The notes beneath the pieces were generated by a model. It worked only from the letters and a program-made list of their open reading frames with translations. It did no database searches and was not told the DNA's origin. DNA of 63,468 nucleotides, filler included, from Candidatus Delongbacteria bacterium (lineage in GTDB: Bacteria; UBA4055): the NCBI GenBank assembly GCA_016937995.1. It is 4 parts of 4 records of this genome, joined end to end, with 100 filler letters (N's around TTAATTAATTAA, not from the genome) between each part and the next. Parts side by side here need not be neighbours in the genome. Positions count along the whole stretch, not along the records: positions 29,330 to 60,778 come from JAFGVM010000012.1; positions 60,879 to 63,468 come from JAFGVM010000019.1; 2 more parts are not named here. One strand, 5' to 3'. A program made the position numbers and the translations under genes. Of this stretch, positions 50,758 to 61,882 are shown piece by piece (positions within the stretch are counted from its first letter, which is position 1; each line of letters opens with the position of its first letter).

Positions 50758-52149
50758 CTATTTAAACAGTCTTTGAGAATACTGGATGATCTTTACTTTA
50801 GCAAAAGTATTTAGTCTTGATAATACGACCATCATAGTTTTAGCATTGTGTTCATAAATCCAAATAAGCGGGATTATTGCTGTAAGACGAAGAACAGATG
50901 TCAAACCGAAAAGAACCTGCTCAGATACAAGATGAAGACCAAAAATATCCATAGCTCCGGGAAGGAAAGTTCCCGATAAAAGCATCGTTACTACCATTGC
51001 TAGACTTGAGACTGCACTAAACATACCTGAATATACCTGCTGTTTTCCTTGAGGTGCCACAGCAAGAACAAAATTTGTGATGATGACATTCGCACCAGAC
51101 CACATCACACCGGATAACACTGCTTCAATAAACAGGAACCAGTAACTGTCAGGTGTCGCGAAAAGCCAGATGAACGGGTTGATAGAACCGAGTATTATGG
51201 CTATTATCATAGCAGGCTTGTTACCGTACCTGTCAATGAACCTTCCCCACGGACGTAGCATAAGAAGTGAACCTGCAGTAGCAAAAGTACCGTAGATCTG
51301 AAGTTCAAGCATTGACATTTTTAAATTAGTGATCATGAACGGCTGCCAGAAAGGAGCACCGATACCTATAGCAAGCATCCACCAGCATCCAAAGAAGATC
51401 AGTTTACGATAATTCCTGTCCTTGAAAGGTGAGAACAATAAAGCAACTGAACTTTCAGTCTCTATTTCCTTGGGCAACTCGGGCTGTTTATTAAGTATCT
51501 TAAGACCATACAAACCCGCAACGGCTGCAATACCAAAGATCACTATAAATGCATAAGGAAGATCATCTTTTATGAAATACTTTCCGATAGAAAATGAATT
51601 TTTGATATTCTCTACCACACCACCTTCTGCAGAATCGAACAGATCAAGAAAAAAACCGAAAATATATCCTGTAAGTACCGCTGCAACAGTCAGATATACC
51701 GACCTGTTGGAAAAGAAACGACCTCTGAAACGGAGCGGTATGAGATCTGATATCCATGCAATCCACATATTACCAGAAATTGCCAGGATCGTCGAACTGA
51801 AAAAGCTGATCGTAAGGAAAAGATATACTGCGGTATTACTGTCAAAAATAAATGGTATCACCGGATACAACAAAGTCATGAAACGGCCAATTACAGCATA
51901 TAGAACTGTCTTTTTTTTTCGTGATTCAAGCTTTCTTGTAATGATCGCACCAAGAGGCTGGGATAACTGAGAAAAAGCACCAATTGACATCAGTACACTG
52001 AAATGAAAAGGTGTTGCATTCAGCATGATCGCGAATTTTGTAATGAACACTGTACCAATAAATGATAAAGAACCGTAGATCTGAGCAAATACTCCTTCAA
52101 TTATTGACAATCTGATACCCTGACGAAGATCTTTTGACTTATCTTTCAT
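50758..52149 (-). CDS. MFS transporter
   Basis: about 12 TM segments; WGRFIDRYGNKP motif. Confidence 0.88.
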   Translation of the reverse strand: MKDKSKDLRQGIRLSIIEGVFAQIYGSLSFIGTVFITKFAIMLNATPFHFSVLMSIGAFSQLSQPLGAIITRKLESRKKKTVLYAVIGRFMTLLYPVIPFIFDSNTAVYLFLTISFFSSTILAISGNMWIAWISDLIPLRFRGRFFSNRSVYLTVAAVLTGYIFGFFLDLFDSAEGGVVENIKNSFSIGKYFIKDDLPYAFIVIFGIAAVAGLYGLKILNKQPELPKEIETESSVALLFSPFKDRNYRKLIFFGCWWMLAIGIGAPFWQPFMITNLKMSMLELQIYGTFATAGSLLMLRPWGRFIDRYGNKPAMIIAIILGSINPFIWLFATPDSYWFLFIEAVLSGVMWSGANVIITNFVLAVAPQGKQQVYSGMFSAVSSLAMVVTMLLSGTFLPGAMDIFGLHLVSEQVLFGLTSVLRLTAIIPLIWIYEHNAKTMMVVLSRLNTFAKVKIIQYSQRLFK

Positions 52150-52167
52150 TGAAGCCTTCTACCTGAT

Positions 52168-53043
52168 TTATGCTCTAAGTTTACGATTTGAAAAATGACT
52201 TTCCAAGCTAAAAATTAACAAAGCTATCCAAACCAGACTGAAACCGGTAAGATCTGAACTGCTGAAATCTTCTTTGTAAATTATCACGCCTATAAGAAAT
52301 TGAAACGAAGGAGCAATATATTGAAGTATTCCTACTGTTGATAAAGGAATATTTCTTGCTGCAAAAGCGAATAATAAAAGGGGTATACTTGTCACTACTC
52401 CTGTTCCGATCAGAAGAATATTTGTTCCTATATCAGTAATCAGGAATGATCCACTGCCATTGATACCAATGAAAACAAGATATATCAGAGTAACCGGGAA
52501 AACCAGAGCAGTTTCGAATGTCAGCCCGTAAAGCGAATCCAGAGGAGCAATTTTCTTAACAAGACCGTATAATCCAAAAGTAAAAGCCAGAGAAAGTGCT
52601 ATCCATGGTATTCGCCCATACATAACTGTAAGATAAATAACACCAATTGCAGCAAGTAAAACAGGTACCCATTGCAATAGCCTTAATCGTTCTCGAAGAA
52701 ACACAATGCCGAGTATTACACTGAAAATCGGATTGATAAAATAACCCAGGCTTGTTTCTACAATTCGTCCTGAGTTTACCCCCAGTACAAAAATGAACCA
52801 GTTAACTGTCAAAAGAACTGATGCCAATAAATAAATTCGAAAAACTTTGAATGATGTTACAGAAGAATAAAATTTTCGCCATTGTTTCTTAATAAGTATG
52901 ATGACGATCAAAAAAATGAAAGACCAGAGTATACGGTGCCCGATTATCTGAACAGCTGGAACATCATGAAGAAGCTTCCAGTATATCGGAAATAATCCCC
53001 ATAAGACATAAGCTGCTATACCGCTTAAAATTCCTTTATTCAT
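52168..53043 (-). CDS. rarD: EamA/DMT transporter RarD
   Basis: WGLFPIYWK, ETSLGYFINP, QYIAP. Confidence 0.92.
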   Translation of the reverse strand: MNKGILSGIAAYVLWGLFPIYWKLLHDVPAVQIIGHRILWSFIFLIVIILIKKQWRKFYSSVTSFKVFRIYLLASVLLTVNWFIFVLGVNSGRIVETSLGYFINPIFSVILGIVFLRERLRLLQWVPVLLAAIGVIYLTVMYGRIPWIALSLAFTFGLYGLVKKIAPLDSLYGLTFETALVFPVTLIYLVFIGINGSGSFLITDIGTNILLIGTGVVTSIPLLLFAFAARNIPLSTVGILQYIAPSFQFLIGVIIYKEDFSSSDLTGFSLVWIALLIFSLESHFSNRKLRA

Positions 53044-54436
53044 TCTTATCCTTACTAAATTGTGATATTATCCGAGAAGCAGACAATGAAACTACTAAAT
53101 TAATAATTACATATGCATGTACTGCAAGGTCTTTAATAAAAATAACTGAAACAATTGAACATATTGCACCCAGAATTGTACCCCAGAATACTCCTGCTGA
53201 TGTTATCTTTTTTGAGAACATACCTAAAACTATCAAAGATAGTATCGGTGCTCCAAATCCGTGTATAATTTTATTTGCTACCACAAAAATACTCCCTTCA
53301 GCAGCCATGACCGGGATAAGAATTAAAGCACCTGACAAAGACAAAATACCTAAAATAAAAGTTCCTGTTTTCCCCTTAGTCACAGTATCGAATAATTTAA
53401 TATCATCAGCCAATACTGCCGACATTGCATTCAACCCTGAGTCTATTGAACTCATTGAAGCTGCAAGTAATGCTGCTATGAACAATCCTGTGACACCAGC
53501 AGGCATTGATTGAATAAAAAATGCCATTTGTTTCAACGGTGGAATAGATGATTGACCGGGAACTAACGTTACTGTAATCCCCCACAATAAAAGAAGAGTT
53601 AGAATAATAAGTGCAGCTCCTGCATTCAGCAATATCGCTTTTCTTGCTTCTTTTTCAGATTTGGCAGCCATATATCTTTGAACAGTTATCTGGTCAGCTC
53701 CGTATCTTGCCATAAAAGCTATGAATGTTCCGGTCAGTCCGCTCCAAAAGGTAATTCTTACTTTGGGACTGAATGAATAGAAATCATCCGGAAAAGGGTG
53801 AGTAGAGAACCATTCTCCTAAAGAATCCATAGATAGAAAACCATTGTTTATAGCTACACCAAGTGTCAAGCATATTGTTCCGAATAAAATAAAGAACTGT
53901 AACAAGTCGGTAGTTACTACTGCTCTGAATCCTCCAATAGAAGAATAGAATAAAGCTGTGATCCCGGTTATTATAATGATTGTATATAAGGGAATTCCTG
54001 TAAAAACGGTCAACATTTTGGCAGAAGCATATAATGTTACTGATATCCACATTAATCTCCATATTAAGAATAATACTGTTGCCAGATGTTTGGTTTTCGC
54101 ATCAAATTTTTCTTCCAGAAAATTATAGGCGGAAAAACCTTTTCTCTGTCTGAAGAAAGGAATAAACCATTTAAATATCGGAAATATTACAATGATAAAT
54201 ACTGGTAGAGATATAAGAACTGCAGGACCAAATTTTATTATTTCAGATGGAAAAGCTACAAAGTTCACAGCACTAAATGCAGATATCATTACTGATATTC
54301 CTAACGGGAACCAGGAGAAAGTTTTTCCTGCCAAATATAATTGATCTTTGTTTTTACTTTTTCTCGAACTAACGACCCCGATAGAGATCACGATCAGAAG
54401 ATACAGTAATGCTATTAAAATTTCTATGTTATTCAT
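53036..54436 (-). CDS. sodium:solute symporter
   Basis: GGFRAVVTTD, DQITVQRY, AASMSSIDSGLN. Confidence 0.9.
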   Translation of the reverse strand: MNNIEILIALLYLLIVISIGVVSSRKSKNKDQLYLAGKTFSWFPLGISVMISAFSAVNFVAFPSEIIKFGPAVLISLPVFIIVIFPIFKWFIPFFRQRKGFSAYNFLEEKFDAKTKHLATVLFLIWRLMWISVTLYASAKMLTVFTGIPLYTIIIITGITALFYSSIGGFRAVVTTDLLQFFILFGTICLTLGVAINNGFLSMDSLGEWFSTHPFPDDFYSFSPKVRITFWSGLTGTFIAFMARYGADQITVQRYMAAKSEKEARKAILLNAGAALIILTLLLLWGITVTLVPGQSSIPPLKQMAFFIQSMPAGVTGLFIAALLAASMSSIDSGLNAMSAVLADDIKLFDTVTKGKTGTFILGILSLSGALILIPVMAAEGSIFVVANKIIHGFGAPILSLIVLGMFSKKITSAGVFWGTILGAICSIVSVIFIKDLAVHAYVIINLVVSLSASRIISQFSKDKNE

Positions 54437-54445
54437 TGATCGTTC

Positions 54446-56020
54446 TTATTCAGATAATTGACCTATAGACTCATGAGGAAATATTTCAGCAATACTTCTT
54501 GTAAGTTCAGATAATGTAAATGGCTTCTGAATAAATCCCTTTGCTCCCTGTGCAAGTAACTTCTGAGCTTCACCACTAATACTGTAACCTGAAGAAAGTA
54601 AGACATTCAATTCGGGATTTATTTCTTTCATCGCATAAAAGGTCTCATTACCACTCAGTCTCGGCATTACCATATCGAGAATAACGAGATCAATATCTTT
54701 CCAATTCTTTTTGTATAACTCTACTGCTTCTATTCCATCTTTGCAAATTGATATTGAATGCCCGTACAACTCCAGCATCTCTTTGCCGATGTTCAGGACC
54801 ATATCTTCATCGTCCACTAATAGTATTCTTAATTTTTTGTTTAAAACGACATCTTCAATATCATCTTTGGTTTCTATATCAGATACAGATGAAGAAATTG
54901 GCAAATATATTTTAACAGTAGTTCCTTTGCCTATCTCACTAATAACATCAATGCTGCCGTTATGATTTTTGACTGTTCCGTAAACCGCGGGTAATCCCAT
55001 CCCTGTTCCCTTTCCTACATCTTTTGTTGTAAAAAAAGGTTCGAACACTCTATTTTGCGTTTCATTGGTCATACCAGTTCCAGTGTCTGTTATACTTATT
55101 TCAATATATTTACCCGGCTGAATTTTTTCTATTTTTTTGTTACAGTATCCTTCATTCAATTCAACAATATTTGTTTCAAAAACCAGTGATCCACCATTAG
55201 GCATTGCATCGCGCGCATTAAGAGCAAGATTTAAAAGAGCATTCTGGATCTGAGTAGGATCTCCATTAATTACAGGCGGATTAGCTTTGAATACCTGCTG
55301 AAGACTTATTCTTTTGTCGATGGAGTGTTGAAGAAGAGATATAACCTCCATAATTATTCGATGGACATCTATTTCTACAGAGAGATACTTACCTTTTCTT
55401 GCAAATGCCAGTAGCTGATTCGTGAGATCTGATGAGCGCTTTGAAGCGATCAGTATATTATCAACATAATGCGCAAGCTCTCTGTTATCTTTCAAAGCAT
55501 ACCTTAATAGGTCAGCATAACCTATAATACCTGTCAGCTGATTATTGAAATCATGAGCTACACCACCGGCCAACTGACCGATCGACTGTAGTTTTTCAGC
55601 CTGATGTAAACGGTTTTCAAGTATTCTTTTTTCTTCTTCTTTTTTTTTCATACTAGTAATATCATAAAAACATACCTGGATCGCTTCTTTTCCGGTAGCT
55701 TCATCAATAAATATATAACTGTTATGTATTCCCCATTTATCAGTTCCTTTCAAAGTTCTGATCGAATATTCTAAATTAAATACCTTCTTTTTATCTTTTA
55801 TTATCCTTCTTAACCTTCCAACTTCACCTTTGTAATCAAATAGAGATCCGATATTTTCACCTGTAACTGATCCGGGATCTTTAAATATTCCTTCAAGCTC
55901 AAAAAAATCAAAAGCTGCCTGATCGATCTCCAATATCGTTCCGTCGAACATATATGAAAAAAAGCCTATCTTTGCTAACTTAATAGCTTCAGACATTCGC
56001 TTATCTTTATTTTGTGACAT
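54446..56020 (-). CDS. PAS hybrid histidine kinase / receiver
   Basis: AHDFNNQL H-box, NARDAM, FFTTK..GKGTGMGL, receiver LVDDE..LDMVMP; TAATG overlap with the upstream gene. Confidence 0.93.
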   Translation of the reverse strand: MSQNKDKRMSEAIKLAKIGFFSYMFDGTILEIDQAAFDFFELEGIFKDPGSVTGENIGSLFDYKGEVGRLRRIIKDKKKVFNLEYSIRTLKGTDKWGIHNSYIFIDEATGKEAIQVCFYDITSMKKKEEEKRILENRLHQAEKLQSIGQLAGGVAHDFNNQLTGIIGYADLLRYALKDNRELAHYVDNILIASKRSSDLTNQLLAFARKGKYLSVEIDVHRIIMEVISLLQHSIDKRISLQQVFKANPPVINGDPTQIQNALLNLALNARDAMPNGGSLVFETNIVELNEGYCNKKIEKIQPGKYIEISITDTGTGMTNETQNRVFEPFFTTKDVGKGTGMGLPAVYGTVKNHNGSIDVISEIGKGTTVKIYLPISSSVSDIETKDDIEDVVLNKKLRILLVDDEDMVLNIGKEMLELYGHSISICKDGIEAVELYKKNWKDIDLVILDMVMPRLSGNETFYAMKEINPELNVLLSSGYSISGEAQKLLAQGAKGFIQKPFTLSELTRSIAEIFPHESIGQLSE

Positions 56021-57303
56021 TATCTGTTTCTCCTTAACCAATTTGAATATAGTTGATCCCTTTCACTTATTGATATCTTTGGTTCAAACCTTTTATCCAG
56101 CTTCCATAGTGATGCTGTTTCTTCAACGAAATTCCAGAATCCAATTGTAAGTCCAGCCTGATAAACAGCACCTAATCCTGTTGCTTCACCTGTTGCAGGT
56201 CTTTCCACCGGAATACCTATAATATCAGCAAGGAACTGGCATAAATATTCATTTTCAGACATTCCTCCGTCTATACGTAATATTTGAATTGAATGCTTTG
56301 AAACATCTTCCATAGACTTAATTATATATCTTACCTGAAATGCAATATCTCGAAGTATCTGCTCATCATCCCGGTCACCTTCAATTTCAAAAAAACCTTC
56401 AAGTGAGTATGTTGCATCTTTTTTACTCCCCAATAAAACCGGAGAAAACAGACCATTGGCAGGAGAATTATATTCCTTCCCAACATTCATCACACAAAAA
56501 CAGCCTGTTCCGAATGTTGCTTTGACCATACCTGAAAATATACACCCCTGACCAAGAACTGCTGCCTGCTGATCCCCCAGCATTCCGGCAATGGGTATTC
56601 TCTCACCAAAGAACAATTTTTCTGAAGTTAAACCATAAATTTCTCCTGTCCCCTTTATTTCAGGTAAAATTTCTTTGGGTATATCAAGCTGATCGAGAAC
56701 TTTTGTATCATATTTTAGCTCTTTTGCATTCTGGAACTGAGTAACAGACATATTAGCAATGTCTGAGCAATGTACTTCTCCATCTGTTAGTTTCCATAAT
56801 AACCAGCTGTTCACTGTACCGAAAAGAGCTTCTCCCTTTTCGACACCTTCTTTTACTGATGGATCGTTCTGTAGAAGCCACGTAAGCAACATTGCAGAAG
56901 TATTCGGGATCGTGTACATTCCCACACGTTCAACTGTTTCTGTTCCCAAGATACCGGATAATTTTTCTGATAATGATCCCGCTCTTTTATCAAACCATAG
57001 TACCATATTGCTGTAAGGAATACCAGTTTTCTTATTCCAAACGATCGTAGAGCTTCGTTGATTTGTAATTCCAATTGCTGCTATCTGGCCTAGTAGAATA
57101 TTGTTGTCTGAAAGTGTTTTCAAGATCAAATTATAAACAGAATCCCAAAGAGCAACTGGATCCTGTTCTGCATAACCTTCTTTCGGATGCAAAGTCATAA
57201 TTTCAGTCGAACCAAAACCGACCTGATCAGCATCCCTGTTAACGATCATAACCTTTATCAGACTAGTACCGCAGTCGATCCCTAAAATATATTTCTTCTT
57301 CAT
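56020..57303 (-). CDS. degenerate glycerol-kinase-like FGGY protein with an internal deletion
   Basis: GITNQR, GDQQAA, TFGTGCF, RIDGG retained; the QWLRD..GLGAPYW segment is absent. Confidence 0.8.
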   Translation of the reverse strand: MKKKYILGIDCGTSLIKVMIVNRDADQVGFGSTEIMTLHPKEGYAEQDPVALWDSVYNLILKTLSDNNILLGQIAAIGITNQRSSTIVWNKKTGIPYSNMVLWFDKRAGSLSEKLSGILGTETVERVGMYTIPNTSAMLLTWLLQNDPSVKEGVEKGEALFGTVNSWLLWKLTDGEVHCSDIANMSVTQFQNAKELKYDTKVLDQLDIPKEILPEIKGTGEIYGLTSEKLFFGERIPIAGMLGDQQAAVLGQGCIFSGMVKATFGTGCFCVMNVGKEYNSPANGLFSPVLLGSKKDATYSLEGFFEIEGDRDDEQILRDIAFQVRYIIKSMEDVSKHSIQILRIDGGMSENEYLCQFLADIIGIPVERPATGEATGLGAVYQAGLTIGFWNFVEETASLWKLDKRFEPKISISERDQLYSNWLRRNR

Positions 57304-57393
57304 GATCATATTCCACAATTATTTCGGCATGAATGAGCCATAGATAATTTATTGAATACATCCATTAATGGCAAATTATTAATATTTACTATC

Positions 57394-58104
57394 TTATTCA
57401 GGAAACGATGCTTCAGGGAAACTCTCAAAACCGGGTTTTGCAAATAACCAGCCCTGATAAATGGTTATACCCTGTTTTTTTAGAAAATCATATTCTTCTT
57501 TTTGCTCTACTCCTTCAGCAAGAATATCAATACCCAGATCAAAACATAAACTGCATATAGCTCTGACTATTGATTGACGTACACCATCCTGATGAATATT
57601 CTGCATTAAATGTATATCTAATTTTATAAGGTCAGGTAAAATATCAGCAAGCATATTTAGTCCAGCATATCCTGAACCGAAATCATCAATAGCAATAGTA
57701 ACTCCAGACCTGCGTAATTTACTCAAAACCATTGAGAAATCTTCTGTCTGATCAATGATCTCGCTTTCAAGAATTTCAACTACGATCTGCTTAGCAGTAA
57801 GTCCGTTCTCTTCAGCAGATCTGATAGTATCTTCAACATATCTTCCATTGTCAAAAAGTATAGATCCCATTGTAAAGTTCAAATTCAGGCTGCAATCAAG
57901 TCCCAGTTGAGATGCAAGAGATATAGCCTGTTCTCTGCTCTTCTGATCAAACTCCATCATATTATTGTTCTCAACCTCGTTAAAAACATAACCTGGTGGT
58001 TCGTTATGTGGTCCTCTTAATAATACTTCATATGAAATTATCTTGCCGGTCTCAGTATCAATAATTGGTTGGAATGCATGCGTAAATTCAATATCGGAAA
58101 TCAT
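57394..58104 (-). CDS. EAL-domain c-di-GMP phosphodiesterase
   Basis: FQPI, EVLLR, NLN, EILE, DDFGSGYA, IKLD, AEGVE, QGW. Confidence 0.92.
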   Translation of the reverse strand: MISDIEFTHAFQPIIDTETGKIISYEVLLRGPHNEPPGYVFNEVENNNMMEFDQKSREQAISLASQLGLDCSLNLNFTMGSILFDNGRYVEDTIRSAEENGLTAKQIVVEILESEIIDQTEDFSMVLSKLRRSGVTIAIDDFGSGYAGLNMLADILPDLIKLDIHLMQNIHQDGVRQSIVRAICSLCFDLGIDILAEGVEQKEEYDFLKKQGITIYQGWLFAKPGFESFPEASFPE

Positions 58105-58532
58105 TCCAGCCTCCATCTTCCTTCAGAAAAAGCTATAAGGATCTTTTTTGCTCTGCCTTTATCAAGGTCAGTCAGGCAACTGCTTCCCTGAAAAAAATCA
58201 TTCATACCGTCAATTCTGCTCAATTCACTCTTGGATAGTGAAGCATAACCCATACTCCAGTTCTTAAATTTTCTTTCAGGAATAGCCTCATTTACAATTT
58301 TTACAATATCCATATGGCGTTTATCTTTTGAAATGGTATTAAAAAGTTTATTAAGCTCTTCTTCCTCACCTTCAAGAACCTGCAAAAAACTACCACTGTC
58401 AAAAAGTAGCATTCCTGTAACATTGATTTCTTCGTTATTTTTCCTAGCGAATTTTAAAATTTCTAATATCTCATTTTCAGTTATGTCATTATCAGCTTTG
58501 CTTGCATATATTAAATGTGATAGACCAGACAT
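58101..58532 (-). CDS. BLUF blue-light sensor protein
   Basis: LIYAS (Tyr), ARKNN..VTGML, FLQVLEG (Gln), DKRH, FKNWSM. Confidence 0.93.
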   Translation of the reverse strand: MSGLSHLIYASKADNDITENEILEILKFARKNNEEINVTGMLLFDSGSFLQVLEGEEEELNKLFNTISKDKRHMDIVKIVNEAIPERKFKNWSMGYASLSKSELSRIDGMNDFFQGSSCLTDLDKGRAKKILIAFSEGRWRLE

Positions 58533-58619
58533 GATTTCACCCTATTGTTATTGTTTCTTACATTTATATGTATAAAAAATTCATTATATCAACAATTTTT
58601 ATTCATGAAATATTAAATA

Positions 58620-59312
58620 CTACCTTGGTATACAGTTTATTGCTGCTGCTGCATCGACATCTGCCCCTGGAGTATTACCTCCGCAATCTGATTTAAGATC
58701 TGTTAATTTAATGAATCGGAACTTATCACCTGGTGAAACATAATTATGAATATCCACAGAAGCAGTACCACCTGATATTTTTCCGATATCGATCCATGAG
58801 TTTCCGTCCTTACTTATTTCAAGCTGCATAGGTTCAACCGCCGGACCTATTTCAAAAACATGCAGATCATGCCCTTCCCCATCTACAAGCCAGACATTAC
58901 CGAATTCGAGTACTACTGATCCTCCACACCCGAGAGTAAGATAAGTAGAATCTTTGTTACTCTTGTAATCAGGTTCTCCAATTGGACCATTTTTTGACAT
59001 AGCTGCATTCATCGGTTTCCTAGTTCCAGTATCATGATCGATCACTTTGGTTACGAAAGCCGCTTCCCCGCAATTTATCTCTATCTTTTTACCTTTATCA
59101 ATATATGTTTTAGTAATGGTTTTATCAATAGTTTCAGACTTGCCAGAAAATTCAAATTTCATTATATCTTCAGACGGCTTTTGAAGATCGACAACCTGTT
59201 TACTCTGATCTTTGAATGTAATAGTTAAAGTTGATCCGAATCCTGAAAATGTAATCCCAAAAAGAATTAAAAATATTAGAGCAAATACTCTTTTAGTATA
59301 TGTGTTTTTCAT
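58620..59312 (-). CDS. exported hypothetical protein
   Basis: signal-like N-terminus; LGCGGSVVLEF, DGEGHDLHVFEIG, GADVDA. Confidence 0.7.
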   Translation of the reverse strand: MKNTYTKRVFALIFLILFGITFSGFGSTLTITFKDQSKQVVDLQKPSEDIMKFEFSGKSETIDKTITKTYIDKGKKIEINCGEAAFVTKVIDHDTGTRKPMNAAMSKNGPIGEPDYKSNKDSTYLTLGCGGSVVLEFGNVWLVDGEGHDLHVFEIGPAVEPMQLEISKDGNSWIDIGKISGGTASVDIHNYVSPGDKFRFIKLTDLKSDCGGNTPGADVDAAAAINCIPR

Positions 59313-59483
59313 TAGTTCCTCCATTTTTTGATTGGTATGTCAAGCACGACAGATTTGTTCTCTTGCAACTTATTTTTACAAATTAACACATCATACTTTT
59401 TAAGTCAACCAGATAAATGTTATTTATATTTTAAAAATTCATAATATTTTATATATTACAAAAAACCATCATAAGGAACAACT

Positions 59484-60778
59484 ATGCTCAACATAAAGAA
59501 AATACATTTCATAGGAATTTGCGGTACACTTATGGGCAATGCCGCAGTGTCGCTTAAAAAAGCCGGTTTTGACGTTCGTGGCAGTGATAAGGCATTCTAT
59601 CCACCTATTTCGGATATGCTAAAGAATGAGGGCATGGAGACCTTTAACGAATTCTCAGCCAACAACCTTGACTGGAAACCGGATCTTGTGATTATAGGGA
59701 ATGCTATCAGCAGAGGAAACCCTGAAGCAGAAAGAACTTTGAATGAAAGGTTCAGCTACATGGCTTTACCTGAGCTATTAAAATATATGTTCATTAAAGA
59801 TAAGAATTCTATTGTTATTTCAGGTACACATGGAAAGACCTCTACGACCTCCATCATAGCTAAAATATTTACAGATTCTGAGAAAGATCCTACTTATCTC
59901 ATAGGTGGCATACCAATAGGTCTTACTTCTGGTTTTAAGAACGGAGAGGGTGATTTCTTTATCATAGAGGGTGATGAATATGATACCGCTTTCTTTGATA
60001 AACGACCAAAGTTCGTTCACTACAGACCACATTGCCTGATAATAAATAATATAGAGTTTGATCATGGTGATATTTACAGAGATATAGATCACATAAAGCT
60101 TGAGTTCTCGAGACTTGTCAACCTTGTACCGGGAAATGGTCGAATTATAGCGAATTATGATGAGCAGAATGTTGTTGATGTTACTTCAAATGCTTTCACT
60201 GAGATAGATTCTTTCGGAATGTCGGAGAAATGCAAATGGCAGATAAGAAATATTACTCACGATGAAGGTAATACTTCATTCGATATCTATAGAGAAAATG
60301 AGCTGATCATCTCCCCTGTTGTAAAACGGTGCGGAAAATATCAGGTATATAATATCACTGCTTCGATCATTGCTTCATTATTTTATGACCTTGATAAGAA
60401 TAAAATTCTGGATACTCTTGAAACTTTCGAAGGTGTGAAGAGAAGAATGGAGTACAGAGGAAAAGTCAACGGAGCTACATTGATAGAAGACTTCGCTCAT
60501 CATCCTACTGCTATAAAAAATGTTCTTACAGAAATGAGAGGGGAATTCCCTGATAAAAAGATCATTGCTGCTTTCGAACCAAGATCGAATACTACCAAGA
60601 GAAATATATTCCAGACAGAACTTGGAGAAGCTTTATCTATCGCTGATGATGTTATCGTAGGTAAGATCGACAGAGAGGAGCAGCTGACAATGGATGAGAA
60701 ACTTGATATGGTTAAATTACTCTCAGATATAAAATCACAGGGAAAAACTGCTGTTCATTACAACGAAAGCTCAGATAT
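59484..60778 (+). CDS. mpl: murein peptide ligase, Mpl/MurC-like (3'-truncated)
   Basis: GICGTLMG, GTHGKTST, EGDEYDTAFFDKRPKF, DFAHHPTAI, FEPRSNT. Confidence 0.88.
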
Positions 60779-60878
60779 NNNNNNNNNNNNNNNNNNNNNN
60801 NNNNNNNNNNNNNNNNNNNNNNTTAATTAATTAANNNNNNNNNNNNNNNNNNNNNNNNNNNNNNNNNNNNNNNNNNNN
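60779..60878. other. artificial contig spacer
   Basis: N run containing TTAATTAATTAA. Confidence 0.97.
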
Positions 60879-61864
60879 CCATTAAAAAAAACTTGTTCTT
60901 CCAATGTTATTTTTCCCTGAGATGAACCATTTAAAACAGATAAGATACTTGGACTATAAAAACGACAATTCTCATCGATAAAGATGGATTTTTGTGCCAA
61001 CAATTGTCCTCTCCCTTTAAAATTGCTATTAACTTTTATTGTTTGCGCAATAAGAATACATTGATCAATAGTGGATGTACTGTCAATAAGAATATTCCTT
61101 TTAGAATGGACAATAATATTTCCAATCAAAGAAATGCCTCTGAGATCTATGTCACGGTCTGATTCAATCAGATAGGTTTTATCAAAAAATGATCTTTTCA
61201 AAGCTTGGAATCGATAATGATCCGAAGGGGATACTGTTGCGATGCTGGCAGATGGATTTAAGATGAATTGTTTATGGCGTGTAAGTATCTTCTCAGAAAG
61301 ATTCGGCAATTTCAATTGTGCCTGATGCTGTTCTCCATAAACTAAACTATCACGGTAATAACCAACTCCGTTTACATACGCTTTTCTTATTCCGTATCGG
61401 GGGAGATAAGTGTTTGTACCAAGGTAAGTAAAACCTCCAATTGACAAATATCGGTCAGGATCGGAATGGTAAAGTGATGGCAATTCATTTCTTGATCCAA
61501 GGTTCCCTCCCAAAAGGTATATACTTCTTTTATTTTGATTGTTTAATTTTGAATGTATCAACCCTGTATCAAAAAATCCCCAATTATTTATCTTAATTGT
61601 AGTGCTATCTCCCAGCTCCGGGAATAAACTAAAATCATAAGAGGTCTGAATATCCTCCTCGTTCTCCAGAAAGGATATTGCACTTTGAAGGTTGTATCGA
61701 AGTTGTTCTTCGGTATGGGCCGCAGATAGTAACCGGTGGGTTAGTCCTTTCCTGAGCAGATATAAACCGATAAGCATAAAAAGAATCAAAGCAATACCAA
61801 TAACCAGAAGAAGCGCACCGGCTTTGATCTTTTTCGTAATTCCTATCTTCAGATAGCGATTCAT
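60879..61864 (-). CDS. PilX/GspK-like minor pseudopilin (3'-truncated)
   Basis: prepilin-like KIKAG/ALLLVIGI hydrophobic N-terminus. Confidence 0.55.
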
Positions 61865-61882
61865 ATACTTGTTGAAATAACA

